Shown here: in pieces, positions 19,468 to 27,973 of the stretch
Position numbering within the stretch: the first letter of the stretch is position 1
How the letters are laid out: each line of letters opens with the position of its first letter
NCBI GenBank assembly: GCA_046597065.1
Contig: JBKJLI010000002.1
Coordinates: forward strand, 52,071-116,070
DNA: 64,000 nt
DNA from: Candidatus Saccharimonadia bacterium
Lineage (GTDB): Bacteria > Patescibacteriota > Saccharimonadia > UBA4664 > SCTI01
Direction: 5' to 3'
Notes under the pieces: model-generated
Databases searched by the model: none
Seen by the model: the letters and a program-made list of their open reading frames with translations, nothing else
What the model was told of the DNA's origin: nothing
Program-made: the position numbers and the translations under genes

Positions 19468-20067
19468 ATGAGACGATTCCAGATTGTGTTAGTGATGATG
19501 GGTTTACTGCTAGTGGCAGTGGTAACCTTGATTGTAGGCATCGGTTTTTACTTATCACCGCAGGATGATTTGCGACCAGCCGACATGATTGTGGCGGTTA
19601 GTGGCGGCGAAACTCAGCAACGAGCAGCCGAGGCCATTAAGTTATATAAGGAGGGCTATGCTCCTAAGCTGCTATTTTCGGGTGCTGCAGTTGATAAATC
19701 CGGACCATCCAATGCCGAAGCAATGCGTATGCAAGCGCTTAAATCGGGCGTATCAAGTAGCGCCATTATTGTTGAAGAAAATTCCAGAAACACCACCGAA
19801 AACGCGCTGGCATCCGCCCCAATTATTAAATCGGCTGGCGCCAAAACAATAATTCTAGTCACCTCGCCCTACCATCAGCGCCGCGCCAGCCTCAATTTTA
19901 AGAAGGTTTTGGGTAATGATGTAACGGTGGTTAACCACTCGTCGGTTGATAGTGCCTGGCGCAAAAACTCCTGGTGGAGCGATCCTTATACCCTTAACTT
20001 AACGTTCGGCGAGCTCCAAAAAACCGTTTACGTAGTATCGACTAAGCCCGATGAAAGCCCCAAATAG
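19468..20067 (+). CDS. DUF218 (ElyC/SanA/YdcF family) membrane-anchored protein
   Basis: N-terminal TM; IVAVSGGE...NSRNTTENA motifs. TATAAT lies 7 nt before the ATG. Confidence 0.7.
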   Translation: MRRFQIVLVMMGLLLVAVVTLIVGIGFYLSPQDDLRPADMIVAVSGGETQQRAAEAIKLYKEGYAPKLLFSGAAVDKSGPSNAEAMRMQALKSGVSSSAIIVEENSRNTTENALASAPIIKSAGAKTIILVTSPYHQRRASLNFKKVLGNDVTVVNHSSVDSAWRKNSWWSDPYTLNLTFGELQKTVYVVSTKPDESPK

Positions 20068-21188
20068 TGCGGGTATACGTTGGCTTAAGTGGCGGAGTTG
20101 ATAGTGCCGTAACGGCGGCTTTGCTGCAGCAGCAAGGCTTTGATGTAACGGGTGTGTACATGAAAAACTGGACGCAGGATTTACCCGGCGCAAAGTGCCC
20201 TTGGGCAGAGGATTTGGCCGATGCCCGGGCGGTAGCAACACATCTCGATATCCCATTTAAAGTTTATGATTTCGAGCGCGAATATAAGCAACAAGTTGTG
20301 GACTATATGGTGGCCGAGTATCAAGTTGGGCGCACACCTAATCCAGATGTAATGTGCAACCAAGAGATTAAGTTTAAACTGTTTTTAGATGCCGCTATTT
20401 CCGATGGAGCAGACATGATCGCGACCGGTCACTACGCCTCTATTAAAAAAGGCGAACTGTTTAGGGGAATCGACGACAACAAAGACCAGACCTACTTTTT
20501 GTATCGTGTCACGGGGGCAGCGCTAGCTAAAACACTGATGCCAATTGGTGATTACACCAAGCTTGATGTACGCGAACTTGCTAAAAAGTTCGGGCTACCA
20601 AACGCGACTAAAAAAGATTCACAGGGAATTTGTTTTGTTGGTCCGGTTGGAATGAAAGCTTTTTTACAGCAGTACGTTAAAACCAAGAGCGGCGACATTC
20701 TTGATAAAGGGGGTAAAAAGTTGGGCGAGCATGCTGGTGCGATTTTTTACACCATTGGTCAGAGGAGCGGCTTAGGGATTGGCGGCCCCGACGGCCCCTA
20801 CTTTGTGGTCGGCAAAAATTTGGATCGCAATGAGGTGTATGTTACGAGCGACCCGGCCGATTTAGAGTTGCAGAGTGATCGGGTAAGTTTGGGTGACTTA
20901 CACTGGATTGGTGGGGCGCCTATTGAGGACAAAGAGTATCTAGTGCGCTTTCGCCACCGCGGGGAGCTGCAGGAATGTGGAGTGGCTCCAGATAATAGCG
21001 GTTACGAGTTACATCTTCAAAAACCAGCCCACGCCCTGGCCTCTGGCCAGTCGGCGGTAATCTATGATGATCGCAAAGTTCTGGGGGGCGGGATAATCTA
21101 TGCCAATGTGGCCAAGGACGAAGGCACACATTGGGTCGAAGAGTCGGAGTTTCCAGACTATCATAAGGGGGCAGCCGGTTTGGCATGA
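20067..21188 (+). CDS. mnmA: tRNA-specific 2-thiouridylase MnmA
   Basis: PP-loop GLSGGVDSAV, CN motif and C-terminal domain. Confidence 0.9.
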   Translation: MRVYVGLSGGVDSAVTAALLQQQGFDVTGVYMKNWTQDLPGAKCPWAEDLADARAVATHLDIPFKVYDFEREYKQQVVDYMVAEYQVGRTPNPDVMCNQEIKFKLFLDAAISDGADMIATGHYASIKKGELFRGIDDNKDQTYFLYRVTGAALAKTLMPIGDYTKLDVRELAKKFGLPNATKKDSQGICFVGPVGMKAFLQQYVKTKSGDILDKGGKKLGEHAGAIFYTIGQRSGLGIGGPDGPYFVVGKNLDRNEVYVTSDPADLELQSDRVSLGDLHWIGGAPIEDKEYLVRFRHRGELQECGVAPDNSGYELHLQKPAHALASGQSAVIYDDRKVLGGGIIYANVAKDEGTHWVEESEFPDYHKGAAGLA

Positions 21189-21253
21189 AGAAGCCCCAGG
21201 GGGCTCTCCACTCAGAACCTGAGTTTTGAGCCCACTAGGGCTGGGGTCGGAAG

Positions 21254-21391
21254 TTAATCCGGCGGTTGGTCATTCGCGTGGTTGTTCTGGGGTGGGTAGC
21301 TCGGATCGCCCCAGCTCCACCACACGAAGAGCAGTCCGTGAAGTACGATACCGGCCAAGATGGCAAGCACAATCGCTTCCGCGTTACTCAT
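21254..21391 (-). CDS. Possible small membrane protein (45 aa) in a high-GC spacer, not in the ORF track
   Basis: Translation MSNAEAIVLAILAGIVLHGLLFVWWSWGDPSYPPQNNHANDQPPD. The SD is weak. Confidence 0.2.
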   Translation of the reverse strand: MSNAEAIVLAILAGIVLHGLLFVWWSWGDPSYPPQNNHANDQPPD

Positions 21392-21429
21392 GGTTACTCG
21401 TTTCTCTCGAGTGGGTTATGGGGATCTGC

Positions 21430-21831
21430 TTAGCCCAGAAATACCAGGCCATACTCCGCCAACTTGGCCTCGACCTCGTTGATTGAGTGGTTGCCCATGT
21501 TGGGAATCATCTCCATGTCGTGACGTGAAAGTTCGATCAGCTCTTGGACGGTTGAGATGTGAGCACGCGAGAGGCAGTTGTAAGCCCGCACGCCCAATTC
21601 AAGCTCTTCGAGCCGAGTGTCGCCAAGAGGCTTATCAAAACTCCGGTGCGCTTCGGGTAGTTGGACTCCTTGGTTGCTGAATACACGTGGCATCACGTCG
21701 ATCGTGAGTGTGTAGCCGAGTTGAGTTCCTTGTAGGGCAGCCTTGATTCTTTCAATCTGCTCATAAAGATCATTCGGTTCACCGACAAGAGTTCCGTCTA
21801 TACTACCCTTTACTTCGAGTACAATCTGCAT
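21430..21831 (-). CDS. Standalone RNA polymerase alpha-subunit C-terminal-domain (alphaCTD)-like protein with a ~55 aa N-terminal extension
   Basis: LEELELGVRAYNCLSRAHISTVQELIELSRHDMEMIPNMGNHSINEV matches the alphaCTD helix-hairpin-helix. SD GGAAGGA upstream. GC above the genome average. Confidence 0.65.
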   Translation of the reverse strand: MQIVLEVKGSIDGTLVGEPNDLYEQIERIKAALQGTQLGYTLTIDVMPRVFSNQGVQLPEAHRSFDKPLGDTRLEELELGVRAYNCLSRAHISTVQELIELSRHDMEMIPNMGNHSINEVEAKLAEYGLVFLG

Positions 21832-21980
21832 AGCAGATCCTTCCAGTGAGTTCTCTTAATCCGAAGACTTAGCAATAACAAAGTACCATAAAAGTATAGT
21901 AAGTCAAGCAGAAATTAGTAAATTCTTACTGAAGTGCAACATAAGCAGTAAAAACTATCGCGCAGTAGGAATAATACCTC

Positions 21981-22090
21981 ATGACAACCGATCAAATCCG
22001 CTCAAAAATATTTAGAGTTTATGCAGGCAAAGGGGCATACGATAGTGTCATCGGCTCCGGTGTCGGGTAGCATAGTTGCAGCTGAGGCGA
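21981..22090 (+). pseudogene. Degenerate duplicate of the alaS 5' end (about 85% identity over ~110 nt, frameshifted), followed by a fragment resembling the 5' half of the adjacent tRNA
   Basis: atgacaaccgatcaaatccgctcaaaaatatttagagtttatgcaggcaaagg... against the alaS start atgacaaccgatcaaattcgctcaaaatttttagagttcatgaagctaaaagg. The 22108-22147 fragment resembles tRNA positions about 22230-22270. Confidence 0.6.
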
Positions 22091-22145
22091 TCAAGAGGTA
22101 AGATAGACTTACTTCGCGGGCGATCCCGTCAACTCAGACGGCATT

Positions 22146-22173
22146 TAAAAAAAGACGCATCAAGCGTCTTTTT
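22146..22173. terminator. Bidirectional rho-independent terminator (AAAAAAGACGC-atcaa-GCGTCTTTTTT)
   Basis: Perfect 7-bp stem flanked by an A-run and a T-run; sits just downstream of the minus-strand tRNA. Confidence 0.65.
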
Positions 22174-22185
22174 TGTTGGGAATGA

Positions 22186-22275
22186 CTGGCGGTGGAAGTG
22201 GGATTCGAACCCACGAGAGACCTAGATCTCTGATCACTTCGCGGGTGATTCCGATAAACCACTCCGGCATTCCAC
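22186..22275 (-). tRNA. Type-II tRNA (long variable arm, G73; Ser-like) with an anomalous anticodon loop CCGCGAA: C33 and apparent anticodon GCG. Either a variant or a pseudo-tRNA
   Basis: Reverse complement GGTGGAATGCCGGAGTGGTTTATCGGAATCACCCGCGAAGTGATCAGAGATCTAGGTCTCTCGTGGGTTCGAATCCCACTTCCACCGCCA. Acceptor, D, T and 18-nt variable arms all fold. The loop is non-canonical. Confidence 0.65.
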
Positions 22276-22351
22276 CGGATGAGCCAGCCAGACCCACAAC
22301 GAGTATTTCAAATCAAGATTAAATCCCGGTTAAACTGATACAATAATTCTG

Positions 22352-24157
22352 ATGACAACCGATCAAATTCGCTCAAAATTTTTAGAGTTCATGAAGCTAA
22401 AAGGTCACACCATCGTGCCGTCGGCGCCGGTGTGGTTGGCTGATGACAAGTCAACGCTGTTTACCAGCGCCGGCATGCAGCCAGTGGTTCCATACCTATT
22501 GGGCAAAAAACATCCTGGTGGCAGCCGAATTGCCAATAGTCAAAAATGTATCCGCACCGATGATATCGAGGAGGTGGGGGACAACCGCCACTTAACTATG
22601 TTCGAAATGCTCGGAAACTGGAGTCTGGGAGATTATTTTAAGAATGAGTCAATTGCATGGAGTTTTGAATTTTTAACGGCTAAGCAGTGGTTGGGGCTTG
22701 ATCCAAAGCGCCTTTATATAACGGTTTATGAAGGCGACGTTCAAGTACCACAAGATGATGAGGCGGCGGAAATTTGGGTAGAGCAGTTTAAGGCCGTAGG
22801 CATTGAGGCTAAACTAGGTGGCCGTATCCAAACCCGCGGTGCCAGCGATAACTGGTGGGCTTTAGGCCCAACTGGACCCTGCGGACCAGACACCGAGATA
22901 TTTTATTATATCGGCAATGATGAAGATCCAAAATTTGCCGATAGCGATGAGTTTATCGAAGTTTGGAACAACGTATTTATGGTTTACGACCGCCAGGGCG
23001 AGGGCGACTTACGCGACTTGCCAGCCAAAAATGTAGATACCGGTATGGGGCTAGAGCGTATAGCGGCGGTGGTTCAAGGTGCCTCAAGTGTTTTTGATAC
23101 CGATCTAATGCACCAGATCATATTGCGAATATTGGGGGTGGCCGGACACCACTTTGAGCCGGTCTTTCGCGAAACTGATCACGATTTGGGTCGGGCGGCG
23201 CGGATTATTACCGATCACTTGCGCAGTGGGGTGTTTATGGCGGCCGATGGTGTGGTACCAAGCAACACCGATCGTGGTTATGTCATGCGCCGGCTGCTGC
23301 GCAGAGCTATCCGCCAGGGGTTGGTGCTAGGTATTCGCAGCGATCTTTTCGTTCAGGTCGCACCAAATATTATCGAGTTGTATAAAGCTGCATTCCCGGA
23401 GCTAGGCCAGAATCAGCAGACAATTATTGCTACCCTAGAAAAAGAAGAGCAGCTGTTCCGTAAAACTCTAGATAATGGTGTGCGCGAGCTAAAGAAGTTA
23501 GCGGCTGATGGCTTGAGTGGGCGAGATATATTTACGCTGTTTGATACTTATGGCTTTCCTCCAGAACTATCGGTTGAAGACGCAATCAGAGAAAGTATAG
23601 TTGTTGATTCGGGCTGGCAAGACCAGTTTAATCGTTTAATGGATGAACAAAAGCAGCGTTCACGTACAGCGGGAGCGGGGGAGTTTAAGGGTGGCTTGGC
23701 CGATCATGAACCAGCTACAGTACGACATCATAGTGCCACCCATTTAATGTACCAGGCACTAAGACAGGTTTTAGGCAAAGAGGTGGTGCAGCGCGGTTCA
23801 AACGTTAACTCTGAGCGTTTGAGGTTCGACTTTTCGCATGATACTAAGCTTACGGATGATGAAAAGCAGCACATTGAAGCAATCGTAAATGAGCAGATTA
23901 AAAATGACTTAAAAGTTTGGTTCGAAGAGCACCCCACCGATGAGGCTTTTAAGTTGGGGGCTAAAGGTGCTTTTGGGGATAAGTACGGTGATACGGTAAA
24001 GGTCTATTTTATGGGCAAAGACGGTGATGAGCCATTTAGTGTTGAGATTTGTGGCGGACCTCACGTTGATCGCACTGGCGATATGGGGCACTTTAGAATT
24101 CAAAAAGAGGAATCATCGAGTGCCGGAGTGCGCCGCATAAAAGCTAAATTAGAGTAG
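22352..24157 (+). CDS. alaS: Alanyl-tRNA synthetase, short form (catalytic and editing regions, no C-terminal C-Ala domain)
   Basis: 601 aa; class II AlaRS N-terminal motifs; editing-domain HSATHLM...CGGPHV. Extended -10 TGATACAAT 8 nt before the ATG. Confidence 0.9.
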   Translation: MTTDQIRSKFLEFMKLKGHTIVPSAPVWLADDKSTLFTSAGMQPVVPYLLGKKHPGGSRIANSQKCIRTDDIEEVGDNRHLTMFEMLGNWSLGDYFKNESIAWSFEFLTAKQWLGLDPKRLYITVYEGDVQVPQDDEAAEIWVEQFKAVGIEAKLGGRIQTRGASDNWWALGPTGPCGPDTEIFYYIGNDEDPKFADSDEFIEVWNNVFMVYDRQGEGDLRDLPAKNVDTGMGLERIAAVVQGASSVFDTDLMHQIILRILGVAGHHFEPVFRETDHDLGRAARIITDHLRSGVFMAADGVVPSNTDRGYVMRRLLRRAIRQGLVLGIRSDLFVQVAPNIIELYKAAFPELGQNQQTIIATLEKEEQLFRKTLDNGVRELKKLAADGLSGRDIFTLFDTYGFPPELSVEDAIRESIVVDSGWQDQFNRLMDEQKQRSRTAGAGEFKGGLADHEPATVRHHSATHLMYQALRQVLGKEVVQRGSNVNSERLRFDFSHDTKLTDDEKQHIEAIVNEQIKNDLKVWFEEHPTDEAFKLGAKGAFGDKYGDTVKVYFMGKDGDEPFSVEICGGPHVDRTGDMGHFRIQKEESSSAGVRRIKAKLE

Positions 24158-24239
24158 AAAAAACCCGCCACTGGCACATACATGATGTGCACTTGGGCGG
24201 GGTCGGGGTACGACCAGACGTGGAATTTCTGGTCGTACC
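24158..24239. terminator. Two adjacent GC-rich hairpins between convergent alaS and the minus-strand 89 aa gene; the first is bidirectional (A6...hairpin...T6 on the minus strand)
   Basis: AAAAAACCCGCC...GGGCGGG, and GGTACGACCAGA-cgtggaatt-TCTGGTCGTACC (12-bp perfect stem). Confidence 0.5.
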
Positions 24240-24308
24240 CCCGGCGGGTGCCGAGTAGCCGAAGGGCTAGTAGTAGATCTCGGCGCGGGTTCTGCTTTGG
24301 GCAGAAGT

Positions 24309-24578
24309 TCAGTTGAGCTTACGCCGACGATTGGCGTGCCGACGATGAGCCGGGTGCTCGATGGTCTCGATGACCCTGGAGCCGGATGCGCGCAGGCGCT
24401 GCAGCTCATCGCTGACCTCGGTGATCGTGCCGCCGTAGCGGCGATCGTCCTCGATGACAACGCGACGCACTTCACGACCACCAAGGAGAGCCCGAAGCTC
24501 GTCGATGATGGTGATTGCCGGCTTGCCGTGGTTACTGGGGAGCAAAACACTCGGCTCAACAGCTGCTGCAGTGGTCAT
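24309..24578 (-). CDS. Hypothetical 89 aa protein with a basic C-terminal tail; high GC
   Basis: Strong SD AGGAGGAAcctatcATG; terminator downstream. Antisense + ORFs were rejected. Confidence 0.6.
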   Translation of the reverse strand: MTTAAAVEPSVLLPSNHGKPAITIIDELRALLGGREVRRVVIEDDRRYGGTITEVSDELQRLRASGSRVIETIEHPAHRRHANRRRKLN

Positions 24579-24785
24579 GAGATAGGTTCCTCCTGGAGGG
24601 GGTGTTCAGGATTGGGCAATTATAGCGTATATCGTTAACAATGTCAAGACATAAAAACGCAAAATAGCAAACATAGCAGGGTAGAAGTGACTAACAGCAA
24701 AAATTAAAAAACACTTGCATAAGCATAAGCGTTTCTGCTTTACTAATGCTAACAGTAGTACAAAAACAAAAAACAGGAAAAGCAA

Positions 24786-24938
24786 ATGCTGATAAATGCA
24801 GCCACCAAAGGTGGTTCGGCGATTATTGAGTTAGTGATGGCAGCAACCATCATTTTGAGTGTAGGCGCTAGCGTCTACTTTGTGCAGCACTCAGTTGGTG
24901 CAAATCGCCAAGCCGTTGCCCAAATCTCATCAAACTAG
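24786..24938 (+). CDS. Putative Flp/type IV pilin-like prepilin (50 aa, class III signal peptide G|SAIIE), not in the ORF track
   Basis: Translation MLINAATKGGSAIIELVMAATIILSVGASVYFVQHSVGANRQAVAQISSN. SD AGGAAAAG upstream. Confidence 0.45.
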   Translation: MLINAATKGGSAIIELVMAATIILSVGASVYFVQHSVGANRQAVAQISSN

Positions 24939-25045
24939 TCCCCTCTCGCCTAATTAACATAGAAAACCCCCGCATGACCTGAAGGTGCTTATGGTCAAAG
25001 CCGGGTGATCGCGGTACAATACAAAGGTGAAATTGACAGGTCAAA

Positions 25046-26308
25046 ATGGCTCTTAAACTAGTTGATAGATTCCGTAAAAAGTCCGACAAGGGCCGCTATT
25101 TAGTAGCGCTCGATATCGGGACCGAATACGTGAAGACTTTAATTGGCGAGATTGTCGATAACCAAGTCAACATTATTGGTGTGGGTCGTCAGCATCAGCG
25201 CTTAACCGATATGCAGTCGGGAGCTGTAACCGACATTGCCGGAGTGGTAGACAACTGCGATAAGGCGTTGAAGCAAGCCGAAGAGATGTGCGGCGTGGTT
25301 GCTAAAGATGCGGTGATCGGAATTGCCGGTGAGTTGGTAAAAGGTAGTTCAACTACTATTAAATACAAGCGCACCGATCCACAGAGTCGAATCGAGATGC
25401 CAGAGCTGCGTAAGATTTTAGAGCGGGTACAAGACAGAGCCTTTGAGCGGGCTCGTGAAACCTTGGCCTGGGAAACCGGCCAACAAGAGATTGACGTTAA
25501 GATGGTAAACACCGCTATTGTAGACGTGCAGATTGACGGCTACCGGGTTACAAACCCAATTGGCTTTCAGGGCCGTGACGTGTCGATTCAACTGTTTAAC
25601 GCATTTGCGCCAATGGTGCATATTGGTGCGTTGCAACAAGTGGGCAATAATCTAGATCTGAATGTGATAAACATTGCAGCCGAGCCGTTTGCAGTTGCCA
25701 AAAGTGTCGGCGGCGAAGACAGTAGCGACTTTAGTGCCATTTTTATAGACATTGGTGGCGGTACCACCGACATTGCCCTGGTAAACAACGGCGGGGTAGA
25801 GGGCGCCAAAATGTTTGGCATTGGCGGACGCTCATTTACCAAGCGCATTTCCCAAGTTGCCGGCGTCAGTTTTGAGCAGGCCGAGGAAATGAAGATTGAT
25901 CATTCGGCCGGCAGGCTGGCGCACGTTAAAGACAAAGCTGCCGTTGAAGAGGCAATCAATGCCGATATTAATGTTTGGCTTTCGGGCGTTGAACTAAGCC
26001 TTGCCGAGTTTGATAAGGTTGATCACTTGCCTGCAAAAATTCTGCTGTGTGGCGGCGGCACTGCCTTACCTGAGATTAAAAAAATTCTTCAAGGTGATTG
26101 GTACAAACGACTCCCCTTTGCCCGCAAACCGATCGTTAGCCACATTGAGCCAGAGCAAGTCTCTCGAGTGATCGACAAAACCGGCAAGCTGACCAGCTTT
26201 GCCGATATTACACCGATGGGCTTGGCTAACTTAGGGCTAGATGTCATTAATATCGGTGGACTTAGTGATAATATGTTGCAAAAACTAAGTAAGACGCTGC
26301 AAACTTAA
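25046..26308 (+). CDS. ftsA: Actin-like ATPase of the FtsA/PilM family (FtsA-like cell-division protein)
   Basis: LVALDIGTEYVKTLIGEI...IIGVG; IFIDIGGGTTDIALV phosphate-2 motif; about 420 aa. Confidence 0.7.
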   Translation: MALKLVDRFRKKSDKGRYLVALDIGTEYVKTLIGEIVDNQVNIIGVGRQHQRLTDMQSGAVTDIAGVVDNCDKALKQAEEMCGVVAKDAVIGIAGELVKGSSTTIKYKRTDPQSRIEMPELRKILERVQDRAFERARETLAWETGQQEIDVKMVNTAIVDVQIDGYRVTNPIGFQGRDVSIQLFNAFAPMVHIGALQQVGNNLDLNVINIAAEPFAVAKSVGGEDSSDFSAIFIDIGGGTTDIALVNNGGVEGAKMFGIGGRSFTKRISQVAGVSFEQAEEMKIDHSAGRLAHVKDKAAVEEAINADINVWLSGVELSLAEFDKVDHLPAKILLCGGGTALPEIKKILQGDWYKRLPFARKPIVSHIEPEQVSRVIDKTGKLTSFADITPMGLANLGLDVINIGGLSDNMLQKLSKTLQT

Positions 26309-26311
26309 ACC

Positions 26312-27970
26312 ATGGCACAAGAATCATCCCCAGGCGTAATTTATTTAGAAGTCGACGAGGACATTACCTCGGCGATTGATAAGCTGACCAAGGATAGTGC
26401 CGACAAGATACAGGTGGTTACGGCCAAGCGCTCAACCTTGTTCCAATCGGTTATTAATTTAAGGCTGCTAAAAAAGTCGGCGGCCGACGTTAAAAAAGAG
26501 TTGATTTTAATCACCACCGATCGGGTATCAATCAATCTGGCTTCACGAATTGGTGTGCCGGTGGCGCACCAAATTGGCGAGCCACCGATTCCGGCAGCTG
26601 CGGCCGTTAGTGGAGTCGCTGCTGCCGGCGCAGCCATGGCGGCTGGTGCCGATGACGAGATTGACGGCGGTACCATAAGCGAAAAGGATCCTGAGCCGGT
26701 AAAACCTGCACCCAAGCCAGTTAGTGAGCCAGATGTCTCTCCGGATAAGCCAGTTGCAACCGGTGCAGCGGTGGGGGCGGCTTCGGCCAGCGCAGCCAAG
26801 TCGGGCAAGGCCAAAGTACCCAATATAAGCACTATGCAGAAGCGAATTCTGTGGATCGGCTTGGGTCTTGTGGTAGTAATTGGACTTATAGCGGCAAACT
26901 TCTATTTTGCCAGCGCCAAGGTAACGTTGTTTGCCAAAGGCTCGCAGCTTAATTCGAGTTTTAATTTTACCGCTGATCCGCAGGCGAAGCAGTCTAATAT
27001 TTCTGCCAACCTACTGGCAGCTACGCAGATATCCAGCAACAAGACTCTAAATGCCAGTGTGCAGGCAACTGGCTCTAAAGATAACGGCACCAAAGCTAGC
27101 GGAACCATGACGGTATCGAACTGCACTACCAATGCTCAACCGCTGGTTAGTGGTACACGTTTTGTATCTCCAGATGGAAAAGTCTTTCGATCGACGGCGG
27201 ATGTGAGTGTACCGGCGGCTACTTACCCAATTGGCGTTTGTATTGCCGGTAAAAAAAGCGTTGAAGTTTCTTCGGATGCCAATGGAGACTCCTATAATTT
27301 GGGCCCAGCTGATTACACGATCCCTGCACTAAGTAATCCTGCGGTGACTGCCAAAGGTGGACAGATGGCTGGCGGAACCAGCAAAATTGCCAAGGTTATA
27401 ACTCAGGGCGATGTAGACAAGGCCAAGCAAACGGCGCTAGATGCCGATAAGCCCGGGTCACTTAAAGAAATTCAAGATAAGGCCGGCAATGGCCAGGTTG
27501 TGCTTGATGCGTCACTGCAGCAAACAGTCAACAGTACTAACCCAAATCCAGATGTGAATGCCGAGGCGGCCAGTGGATCGGTAGCCGTACAGGTTACCTA
27601 TACTGCCCTAGCTGTCAAGAAATCGGAGCTGTCGGATTTGGCCAAAGCCGAGGAGCAGCAACAGGTTGGTGCCAACAAGCAAATATATGACGATGGCAGC
27701 GGCAATTTGCAGTTGATTTCAAGTGGTCCTCCCGATGCTTCGGGCGCCCAAAAGTTTAGCGCCAAAGCTACCGCTTTCGCCGGCACTAAGATTGATACCA
27801 CCGCCCTAGCCAAGCAGATCAAGGGTAAAAAGTATGGTGAAGCGGTGGATATTGCCTCTAGTCAGCCGGATATCGATAAGGCCGAAATTGTCTTAACCCC
27901 GGGTTGGGCTACTAGTATGCCAAGCTTTCCCAGCCACATCCACATCGAGATCAAGGCCTCGAGCCAGTAG
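26312..27970 (+). CDS. Bitopic membrane protein: ~95 aa cytoplasmic N-terminal domain, Ala/Pro-rich linker, one TM, large extracellular Ser/Thr/Ala/Gln-rich domain. Possible partner of the FtsA-like protein
   Basis: TM ILWIGLGLVVVIGLIAANFYFA at about residues 175-196; low-complexity AAAAVSGVAAAGAAMAAGA stretch. Confidence 0.55.
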   Translation: MAQESSPGVIYLEVDEDITSAIDKLTKDSADKIQVVTAKRSTLFQSVINLRLLKKSAADVKKELILITTDRVSINLASRIGVPVAHQIGEPPIPAAAAVSGVAAAGAAMAAGADDEIDGGTISEKDPEPVKPAPKPVSEPDVSPDKPVATGAAVGAASASAAKSGKAKVPNISTMQKRILWIGLGLVVVIGLIAANFYFASAKVTLFAKGSQLNSSFNFTADPQAKQSNISANLLAATQISSNKTLNASVQATGSKDNGTKASGTMTVSNCTTNAQPLVSGTRFVSPDGKVFRSTADVSVPAATYPIGVCIAGKKSVEVSSDANGDSYNLGPADYTIPALSNPAVTAKGGQMAGGTSKIAKVITQGDVDKAKQTALDADKPGSLKEIQDKAGNGQVVLDASLQQTVNSTNPNPDVNAEAASGSVAVQVTYTALAVKKSELSDLAKAEEQQQVGANKQIYDDGSGNLQLISSGPPDASGAQKFSAKATAFAGTKIDTTALAKQIKGKKYGEAVDIASSQPDIDKAEIVLTPGWATSMPSFPSHIHIEIKASSQ

Positions 27971-27973
27971 CCC

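Noticed and set aside
22186-22275. Literal reading of the odd tRNA as an Arg-to-Ser recoding device
   Set aside because: CGC codons occupy invariant Arg positions of conserved enzymes in this window (for example the pyruvate kinase MVARGD motif). Genome-wide Ser insertion at CGY is therefore implausible, and a pseudo- or variant tRNA is the conservative reading.
24297-24638. 113 aa + ORF and the 136 aa minus ORF 24149-24559 in the GC-rich spacer after alaS
   Set aside because: No SD, junk-like composition, and overlap with the SD-led, terminator-ended 89 aa minus gene. Treated as spurious.
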